NCBI GenBank assembly: GCA_965213675.1
Contig: OZ243916.1
Coordinates: 1,792,001-1,856,000, forward strand
Direction of reading: 5' to 3'
Origin: an uncultured Candidatus Binatia bacterium
Lineage (GTDB): Bacteria; Desulfobacterota; Binatia; UBA9968; JAJDTQ01
DNA length: 64,000 bases
Shown here piece after piece: positions 56,819 to 64,000 of the stretch. Below the pieces are notes generated by a model. It was not told the origin of the DNA. It made no database searches and worked only from the letters and a program-made list of their open reading frames with translations. Every line of letters starts with the position of its first letter. Position 1 is the stretch's first letter. The translations under genes were made by a program, and so were the position numbers.

Positions 56819-58445
56819 CCTCGCCGCCCACCACCGTCATCGCCACCTGGATGTCCTTGATGCGTTCCCCTGCCACCTCGAAGGGGTCCTCCGCCAACAC
56901 CGCCATGTCCGCCAGCTTGCCCACCTCCAGGGTGCCCTTGAGGTCCTCCTCGAAGCCGGCGAAGGAGGCATGGATGGTGTGGAGGTCGAAGGCGTCCTGA
57001 ACGCTCAGGGCTTCCTCCGGCGCCAGCGTCTCGCCCCACCGCATCTGGCGTGAGACGTAGGCGCCGATGTCGCGCAGCGGGTCCACCGGCCAGTACCCCG
57101 GGGCGTCCGAGCCGCCGGCCATCCTCACGCCCGCCTCCAGCAGCGTCTTGAGCGGGAACGCCCGCTCCAGGCGCTTGGCGCCGATGGCGGCGCGGATGGA
57201 ATCGCCGACGAAGTAACCCAGGGAGATGTTGGGAATGGCCATGACGCCCATGCGCACGAGGCGCGCAATGCGCTCGCGCGACATCAGCCAGTTGCCCATG
57301 TGCTCGATGCGGTGGCGGTGGTCTTCCCGCGGCAATGCGGCCAGCGCCTTCTCGTAGGCCTCCAGCGACATGTCGAAGGCGCGGTCGCCGATGGCGTGAA
57401 CGCAGCAGCGCAGGCCGGCGCGGTGGCAGCGCAGCACGGTCTCGTCCAACTCGTCCTGCTGGATGCGGATGAGTCCGCTGTAACCCGGCGTGTCGAGGTA
57501 GGGTTCGTAGAACAGCGCGTTACGGCCGGTGATGCCGCCGTCGATGCTCATCTTCGCGCCGCCCACCCGCAGCCACTCGTCGCCGAAGCCCGTCTGGAGG
57601 CCGGTCTCCAGCACGCTGTCCGTGCTCATCTCGGACTCGATGACGCGCAGCAGGAGGCTGGATCGCATATGCAGGCCGCCCTCGGCCCTGAGCTCCTGGT
57701 AGGCGCGCACCGCGGACGGGTCCTTGACGATGTCGTGGATGGTGGTCACGCCCCGTTCGAGGGCCTGTTGCACGGCGAAGGCAATGCCCAGCTTGCGCGC
57801 CGTGGCGTCGAAGTCCGGGATCACGCCCGTCACGATGTGCTGGGCGCGCTCGTGCAGAATGCCTGTGGGCTCTCCGGTGCTGGAGTCCCGCTCGATGGCG
57901 CCGCCGGCCGGGTCCGGCGTATCCCCGTCGATGCCGGCGAGGGTCAGGCCCCTTGAATTGGCCACGGTGACGTGTGCGCCGAAGGAGACCGACGTCGGGT
58001 GCTCGGGGACAGCGGCGTCGAGGTCGATGCGGTCCGGGAAGCGCTTGTCCTTCATGCGGAAGTCCTGCATCGGGCTTCCCTGGGCTACCACCCAGTCGCC
58101 CGCCGGCGTCTCCGCGGCCTTCTTGGACAGGCGCGTGAGGACGGTGTCGATGTTGTTCACCGGTCCGTAGAAATCGCGCACATCCACCAACTGCATGTCC
58201 GCCAGCCCCTTGTCCGCCAGGTGCACGTGGGCGTCGGTCAGCCCCGGGATGACGGTCAGGCCCTTCCAGTCCACCTCCCGGGTCCCGGCGCCGCCCAGCC
58301 GCCGCACTTCGTCGGCGGCGCCCACAGCGACGATGCGCCCACCGGAACAGGCCACCGCCTCGGCGATGGGCGCTCCGGGCGCGAACGTGCGCACCTTGCC
58401 GTTGAAGAAAACCGTGTCGGGATAGGGCAAGCGAGTACCAGCCAT
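56802..58445 (-). CDS. Amidohydrolase_3 (YtcJ-like) protein
   Basis: PGLTDAHVH, HAIGD, HRIEH, GSDAP and GKLAD; GGAGG SD. Confidence 0.92.
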   Translation of the reverse strand: MAGTRLPYPDTVFFNGKVRTFAPGAPIAEAVACSGGRIVAVGAADEVRRLGGAGTREVDWKGLTVIPGLTDAHVHLADKGLADMQLVDVRDFYGPVNNIDTVLTRLSKKAAETPAGDWVVAQGSPMQDFRMKDKRFPDRIDLDAAVPEHPTSVSFGAHVTVANSRGLTLAGIDGDTPDPAGGAIERDSSTGEPTGILHERAQHIVTGVIPDFDATARKLGIAFAVQQALERGVTTIHDIVKDPSAVRAYQELRAEGGLHMRSSLLLRVIESEMSTDSVLETGLQTGFGDEWLRVGGAKMSIDGGITGRNALFYEPYLDTPGYSGLIRIQQDELDETVLRCHRAGLRCCVHAIGDRAFDMSLEAYEKALAALPREDHRHRIEHMGNWLMSRERIARLVRMGVMAIPNISLGYFVGDSIRAAIGAKRLERAFPLKTLLEAGVRMAGGSDAPGYWPVDPLRDIGAYVSRQMRWGETLAPEEALSVQDAFDLHTIHASFAGFEEDLKGTLEVGKLADMAVLAEDPFEVAGERIKDIQVAMTVVGGEVKYQA

Positions 58446-58635
58446 TGACATCCTCCAGGGTCGATACCGGGACGCCGGTTGTCCACGGTGCAGGTGGTAC
58501 GAATATAGCCGCGCCGCGGCAACGTCAATCCAGAACGTACCGCCGTTCCCGTCCAGGGTTGACTTCCGACACGACAATTTCATATGTATCGCCGGGTACG
58601 GACAGCATTCTGGATTCCAAAAGGGGGACGGTTTG

Positions 58636-60174
58636 ATGAAACTCGATACAGGTATTCGCGGAAGCATGTGGAAGCGGACCGGAGCAGTGGTCGCAGGCGC
58701 GGCGCTTCTTCTGGGCGTTCTCGTTACCGGCTCCACGTGGGCCGCCTCCAGGGACAAGGTGGTGATCTACCACGCGGGCGGCATCGACTCGCTCCATCCT
58801 TACAACCATAGCCTGAGTCCGGCCTACGGCATCTGGGAGCACATCATGGAGCCGCTGGTGGAGGTGAACGAGAAGACCAACCAGTATGTCCCGAAGCTCG
58901 CCGAGTCCTGGGAGTTCAAGGGCAAGGAGTGGGTCTTCAAGCTCAAGAAGGGCATCAAGTTCCACGACGGCTCGCCCTTGACCGCGCATGACGTGGAGTT
59001 CTCGTTCAACCGCATCAAGACGGACAAGAAGAGCCTGCAGCGGCGGCAACTGCGCGAATTGACGGAGATGCGCGTGGTCGACGACCACACCATCATCCTC
59101 GTGACCAAGACACCCAACGTCGTGTTCCTCGACAAGCTCCAGAGCCGCTTCGTCATGAGCAAGGCGGCCGCCGACAAGCATGGCGAGGACGTGGACAAGC
59201 ATCCCATCGGCACCGGACCCTACAAGTTCGTGAGCTTCAAGCGCGACGGCGACCTCGTGATGGAGCGCAACGACGACTATTGGGGCTCCCCCAAGCCGCA
59301 GGTCAAGACCATGGTATGGCGCAAGGTGACGGAGGAAGCGGCGCGGGTCGCGGCCCTCGAGGCGGGGCAGGTGGACGTCATCAACGCGGTGCCGCCCCAC
59401 GAGGTGGCGCGCCTGGAGAAGAACCCCAAGATCACGATCAAGTCCGTCCCCGGATCGCGCATCTACTTCCTGGCCATCAACCCGGGGTTCAAGCCTTGGG
59501 ACAACAAGCTCGTGCGGCAGGCGGCCAACTATTCCATCGACGCCGATTCCATCGTCAAGAACATCTTCGACGGCCTCGGCTTCGTGGTGCAGGGCGCCGG
59601 CGCCAAACAGTATATCGGCCACGACCCCAACGCCAAGCGCTATCCCTACGACCCGAAGAAGTCCCGCGAGTTGCTGGCCAAGGCCGGCTACCCGGACGGC
59701 GTCTCGGTGAAGCTCTACTACTCCCACGGCCGCTACCCCAAGGATAGCGAAGTGCTGCAGGCCATCGCCGCCCAGATGAAGAAGGGCGGGTTCAACGTCG
59801 AGCTCATCTCTCAGGAGTGGGTGGTGTTCTGGGGCAGGTCCGGGGTCAACGGCGGCAAGATGCCCTTCTACTACATCGGCCGGGGCAGCGTCATCGACGT
59901 CCACACGCATGTCGAGCAATACTTCAAGACCGGCGCCAGCCCGCGGATCGACTACAGCAACCCCGAGCTGGACAATCTCATCGAACAGGAGATGGCGGAA
60001 GCCAATCCGGAGAAGCGCGCCAAGATCCTGCACCAGATCGGCCATATCCTGAAAGAGGATTCACCGTGGGTGCCGCTGTGGAATCTGGCGGACATTTACG
60101 GGTTCACAAGCAGCATCGAGTGGGACCCCCGGTCCGACGAGAGAGTCCGCACTTGGGAGATGACCCCCAAGTAG
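58636..60174 (+). CDS. ABC transporter family-5 (peptide/nickel) substrate-binding protein, Sec signal
   Basis: LAESWE, FHDGSPLT, GTGPYKF and VRQAANY; non-RR signal peptide ending TWA. Confidence 0.92.
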   Translation: MKLDTGIRGSMWKRTGAVVAGAALLLGVLVTGSTWAASRDKVVIYHAGGIDSLHPYNHSLSPAYGIWEHIMEPLVEVNEKTNQYVPKLAESWEFKGKEWVFKLKKGIKFHDGSPLTAHDVEFSFNRIKTDKKSLQRRQLRELTEMRVVDDHTIILVTKTPNVVFLDKLQSRFVMSKAAADKHGEDVDKHPIGTGPYKFVSFKRDGDLVMERNDDYWGSPKPQVKTMVWRKVTEEAARVAALEAGQVDVINAVPPHEVARLEKNPKITIKSVPGSRIYFLAINPGFKPWDNKLVRQAANYSIDADSIVKNIFDGLGFVVQGAGAKQYIGHDPNAKRYPYDPKKSRELLAKAGYPDGVSVKLYYSHGRYPKDSEVLQAIAAQMKKGGFNVELISQEWVVFWGRSGVNGGKMPFYYIGRGSVIDVHTHVEQYFKTGASPRIDYSNPELDNLIEQEMAEANPEKRAKILHQIGHILKEDSPWVPLWNLADIYGFTSSIEWDPRSDERVRTWEMTPK

Positions 60175-60254
60175 AGGCGGAGATTCCAAGGGCGGAGATT
60201 CCCCTGCGTTGTCGCCCGCGCGCGTGACCGAAGGGCGGAACCGGAGGTGCAGCC

Positions 60255-61346
60255 ATGAAGGCCGCGGTGCTGTTGGAACCCAACACCCCTTTGGTGGTGG
60301 AGGATGTGGACATCGAGGGTCCCAAAGCGCAGGAGGTGCAGGTTCGCATCGGCGCCACGGGTATCTGCCACAGCGACCTGCACAACATCAAGGGCGAGTG
60401 GGACAATCAGACTCCGGTGATCCTGGGCCATGAGGGCGCGGGCGTGGTGGAGGCCGTGGGCGACGGCGTGGACCACGTCAGGCCGGGCGACAACGTCATC
60501 CTTTCCTTCCGCGCCAACTGCGGCCGTTGCGAGAACTGCGCCCGCGGGATTCCGGTTCTGTGCAACGGCCACAATTCCCCGCGCCAGCGCATGCACGACG
60601 GCACGGCGCGGGTAAGCCTCAAGGGACAACCGCTGTTCATCTCCGCGCGGCTGGGAACCTGGGCCGAGCACGTGGTGTGTCCGGCGGAGCAGGCCGTGGC
60701 GGTTCCCGGCGACATCCCGCCGGAGGTGGCCGCCCTCATCGGCTGCTGCGTCACCACCGGCGTGTGCGCCGTCACCAACGCCGCCCGGGTGGAGGCCGGC
60801 GACACCGTGGCCGTCATCGGCTGTGGCGGCGTGGGCTTGAACTGCATCCAGGGCGCTCGCCTCGTCGGCGCCAGCACCATCATCGCCATCGACATCCTCG
60901 ACGGGAAGCTGGAATACGCCCAGGAATTCGGCGCCACCCACAAGATCAACAGCGCCCGCGAGGACGCGGCCAGGCGCGTGCGCGAAATCACCGGCGGCGG
61001 CGTGGACTACGTCTTCGAAGCCATCGGCCTCGGACCCACGGTAGAGCAGGCGCTGGAATGCACGCGAGTGGGCGGCACCGTGGTGGTGGTGGGGATGGCG
61101 CCCATGGACCACACCGCGTCCATCAATCCCCTGCGCTTCGTCAGGGAACAGAAAACCCTCACGGGCACGGGCTACGGCAACGCGCGGCAGATCATTGACA
61201 TCCCCAGGATGGTGGACCACTACAAGGCCGGCCGGCTGGACCTGGACCGGCTGGTGTCACACCGCTACAAGCTCCATGAGATCAACGAAGGCGTAGAGCG
61301 GCTCAAGCAGGGAGAAGCGGCCCGGGGCGTGGTTGTGTTCTCATAA
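60255..61346 (+). CDS. Zn-dependent alcohol dehydrogenase (class III-like MDR)
   Basis: CHSD, GHEG, CGRCENC...C, GCC and GCGGVG. Confidence 0.95.
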   Translation: MKAAVLLEPNTPLVVEDVDIEGPKAQEVQVRIGATGICHSDLHNIKGEWDNQTPVILGHEGAGVVEAVGDGVDHVRPGDNVILSFRANCGRCENCARGIPVLCNGHNSPRQRMHDGTARVSLKGQPLFISARLGTWAEHVVCPAEQAVAVPGDIPPEVAALIGCCVTTGVCAVTNAARVEAGDTVAVIGCGGVGLNCIQGARLVGASTIIAIDILDGKLEYAQEFGATHKINSAREDAARRVREITGGGVDYVFEAIGLGPTVEQALECTRVGGTVVVVGMAPMDHTASINPLRFVREQKTLTGTGYGNARQIIDIPRMVDHYKAGRLDLDRLVSHRYKLHEINEGVERLKQGEAARGVVVFS

Positions 61347-61362
61347 TGGAAAGGGGTTCGAC

Positions 61363-62904
61363 ATGAGTGACAAGAGCAGATGGTTAAGCCGGCGCGACGT
61401 GCTCAAGGGAGGCGCGGCCCTTGGCCTCACGGCGATGGTGCATCCTTCCCTCGGGCCATTGGCGCACGCGGCGTCCAGGGACCGGGTGATCGTGTACAAC
61501 GCCAGTTCCATGGACAACCTGCACCCGTACGACCACAGCAGCGGCGCGATATACGGGTTGTGGCAACACATGCTGGAGCCGCTGGTGGAGTTCGACTACG
61601 GCCAGGCCAGGTTCGTCGGGCGGCTGGCGGAGTCCTGGGAGTACCGGGGCAAGGAGTGGGAGTTCAAGCTGCGCAAGGGCATCCAGTTCCACGACGGCAG
61701 CCCCCTGACCTCCGCCGATGTGGCCTTTTCCATCGACCGCATGAAGAACGACAAGCGGAGCCTGCAACGGCGGTCGTTCCGCAATGTCCAGGAAGTGCGG
61801 ACGCCGGACGAGCACACCGTGGTGGTCGTCACCAAGAAGCCCTCGGTCACCTTCCTGTCCCGCGGGGTGCGCAACCGCTTCATCATGAGCAAGACGGTGG
61901 CGGACAAGCACGGCGAGGATGTGGACAAGCACCCCACCGGCACCGGCCCCTACAAGTTCGTCAGCTTCAAGCGTGACGGCGAATTGGTGCTGACGCGCAA
62001 CGACGACTACTGGGGCGAGAAACCCGCCATCAAGGATCTGGTGTGGCGCAAGGTCGTGGAGGTCAACTCGCGCTTGGCCGGCCTGGAGTCCGGACAATGC
62101 GACGTGATGGACAGAGTCCCGGTACACGAGGTGCCCCGGATCAACAAGCATCCCCGTGTCTCGGTGCGGAGCGTGCCGGGCCTGCGCATCTACTTCTTTG
62201 CCCTGAACGTCAATTTCAAGCCCTGGGACAACAAGCTCGTGCGCCAGGCCGCCAACTACTGCGTGGACGCGGACGCCATCGTCAGGGGAATCTTCGACGG
62301 CAACGGCGAAGTGCTCCAGGGACCGGTGGGACCCCGGGTCATCGGACACAATCCCAACATCAAGCGCTACCCCTACGATCCCGGGAAGGCGAAGGAACTG
62401 CTGGCCAAGGCCGGCTATCCCAATGGCGTGGACGTCAAGCTGCACTACTCGCCGGGCAAGTACGACAAGGACACGGAACTGGTGCAGGTGGTGGCCAATC
62501 AAATGGCCAAGGGCGGCTTCCGCGTAGAGATCGTGCCGCAGGAATGGGTGGTCTTCTGGGGACGGGGCGGCGTCAACGGCGGCAAGACCCCCTTCTACTA
62601 CATCGGCCGCGGCAGCGTCCTGGACGCGGACACGCCGCTGTACCAGTACTTCCGCACGGGCGGCTCCAAGCGCACCAACTTCAGCCACGCGGAGTTCGAC
62701 AAACTCGTGGACGCCGAACAGGCCGAGTCCGACGAGGCCAAGCGGCTCGAGATCCTTCAGAAGATGAGCGAGGTCATCATGGAGGAAGCGCCCATGATCC
62801 CGCTCTACCAGCTCCTCGATCACTACGGGTCGGCCCGCAACATCGAGTGGACCCCGCGCCCGGACGAGAAGATCCTGCTGGAGGATATGAGCGTCAAGGC
62901 GTGA
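61363..62904 (+). CDS. ABC transporter family-5 substrate-binding protein, Tat signal
   Basis: SRRDVLK twin-arginine motif ending AHA; close paralog of 58636-60174. Confidence 0.92.
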   Translation: MSDKSRWLSRRDVLKGGAALGLTAMVHPSLGPLAHAASRDRVIVYNASSMDNLHPYDHSSGAIYGLWQHMLEPLVEFDYGQARFVGRLAESWEYRGKEWEFKLRKGIQFHDGSPLTSADVAFSIDRMKNDKRSLQRRSFRNVQEVRTPDEHTVVVVTKKPSVTFLSRGVRNRFIMSKTVADKHGEDVDKHPTGTGPYKFVSFKRDGELVLTRNDDYWGEKPAIKDLVWRKVVEVNSRLAGLESGQCDVMDRVPVHEVPRINKHPRVSVRSVPGLRIYFFALNVNFKPWDNKLVRQAANYCVDADAIVRGIFDGNGEVLQGPVGPRVIGHNPNIKRYPYDPGKAKELLAKAGYPNGVDVKLHYSPGKYDKDTELVQVVANQMAKGGFRVEIVPQEWVVFWGRGGVNGGKTPFYYIGRGSVLDADTPLYQYFRTGGSKRTNFSHAEFDKLVDAEQAESDEAKRLEILQKMSEVIMEEAPMIPLYQLLDHYGSARNIEWTPRPDEKILLEDMSVKA

Positions 62905-62968
62905 TTCGGGAAGCCTTGGGAACGCCACCACGCGGGGCCAAGGCATGATGCCCTCGCCCTGGACAGAC

Positions 62969-63007
62969 AACGGCCGCGCCGAGACACCCGGCGCGGCCGT
63001 TCTTTAT
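62969..63007 (+). terminator. Intrinsic terminator-like hairpin between convergent genes
   Basis: 13-bp stem AACGGCCGCGCCG/CGGCGCGGCCGTT followed by CTTTAT. Confidence 0.65.
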
Positions 63008-63022
63008 CGTGTGGCAAACCCT

Positions 63023-64000
63023 TCAGGCTTCGTAAACCGTCTCACCCCCCACGATGGTCCGCTCCACCGGAATGTCCCGGATGGCCCAGGGGTCCACCGT
63101 CAGGGGATTGTCTCCCAACACCACCAGGTCGGCCAGCTTGCCGGGGGTGATCGACCCCTTGAGCTTCTCCTCGAATGCCGCGTAGGCGGCGTTGATGGTG
63201 TAGGCGCGGATGCCCTCCATGGGGGTGATGCGCTCGTTCTCGCCCAGCACCACGCCCGCCCGGGTCTTGCGGTTCACCGCGCACCAGATGCCGAATAGCG
63301 GATCGGTGGCGAACAGCGGGTCCTTGGGCAGGGCGATGGGGGTGTCGGAGTGGGCCACCGTTATCACGCCCAGATCGATGGCGGTGCGCATGGGGTCCAG
63401 ACGCTGGGCCCGTTCCATGCCCAGGAAGTCGTGGATGTGGCGGTCGCCCCAGTACCACAGGTGGTGCGGGTAGAACGACGCGATGACTCCCAGCCGGCTC
63501 ATGCGCTCCAGCGCCTCACGAGTGACCCCCTGGCAATGCTCGATGCGGTGGCGCGGGTCGGGCCGCGGCGACTCGTTCATGGCATTTTCCACCGCGTCCA
63601 GCGCCACATCCACGCCGCGGTCGCCCTGGGCGTGGATGGCCACCTGGTAGCCCTTGCCGTGGGCTTCGGCCACGAGCTTCTTCTGGTCCTCGGGCGCGTA
63701 CTGGAGCACGCCGCGGGGGTCTTTGGTGGGATCGTCCGTGTCGCTGGTGATGTAGGGGTCGTAGAACGCGCAGGTATGCACCTGGATGGAGCCGTCGCTG
63801 CAGGTTTTGACCGCTCCCAGCCGGAGCCAGTCCGAGCCGAAGCCGGTGCGAAGCCCCAGGTCCCGCTCCAGGTAGAAGCGCTTGTAGGGCAGGTCGTGGA
63901 TCATCAGGTACACCCGCACCTTGAGCCGTCCCTCATCGAGGGTCTCCTGATAGGCGCGGTAGTAGTCCGGCGTATCGCCGGTGCCGGCGTCGTGGGTGGA
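63023..64000 (-). CDS. Amidohydrolase_3 (YtcJ-like) protein, 5'-truncated by window edge
   Basis: HAQGD, HRIEH, HSDTP and PGKLAD; frame open to window end. Confidence 0.9.
   Translation of the reverse strand, partial: STHDAGTGDTPDYYRAYQETLDEGRLKVRVYLMIHDLPYKRFYLERDLGLRTGFGSDWLRLGAVKTCSDGSIQVHTCAFYDPYITSDTDDPTKDPRGVLQYAPEDQKKLVAEAHGKGYQVAIHAQGDRGVDVALDAVENAMNESPRPDPRHRIEHCQGVTREALERMSRLGVIASFYPHHLWYWGDRHIHDFLGMERAQRLDPMRTAIDLGVITVAHSDTPIALPKDPLFATDPLFGIWCAVNRKTRAGVVLGENERITPMEGIRAYTINAAYAAFEEKLKGSITPGKLADLVVLGDNPLTVDPWAIRDIPVERTIVGGETVYEA

Noticed and set aside
1-64000. tRNA, rRNA, transposase, integrase, phage or defence genes, selenocysteine readthrough
   Set aside because: No supporting motifs or interrupted enzyme frames seen by eye; a tRNAscan/Rfam run would be needed to exclude small RNAs

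Overview
High-GC bacterial chromosomal segment made almost entirely of catabolic and transport genes. There are three xanthine-dehydrogenase-family Mo-hydroxylase large subunits (one in a UbiD-M-S-L-SDR operon next to a TRAP transporter) and eight amidohydrolase-superfamily genes. Other enzymes include a creatininase-family protein, a cyclase, an LLM oxidoreductase, a family III CoA-transferase, a thiolase-like/DUF35 pair, class I fumarase, a GH65 phosphorylase, HtpX and a TraB/GumN protein. Transport genes include three MFS, two ABC systems and two orphan family-5 binding proteins. I found no rRNA, tRNA, CRISPR array, transposase or recognisable transcription factor. Most notable observations: (1) a 165-bp CTAG-bounded MITE whose two full copies and one solo end each supply the TAG stop codon of a gene; (2) an HpaB-like monooxygenase translationally coupled to a eukaryote-type PAPS sulfotransferase, next to an efflux MFS and an IMPase-family phosphatase, suggesting a hydroxylate-sulfate-export module; (3) intact enzymes lacking canonical catalytic residues (pentein, Asp/Glu-racemase-fold protein, thiolase); (4) a coiled-coil lipoprotein with nine 14-aa tandem repeats; (5) paralogous binding proteins exported by Sec versus Tat. 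Gene content is reminiscent of sponge-associated Deltaproteobacteria/Binatia-like genomes, but that is inference only. All calls come from reading motifs by eye; no database searches were run.
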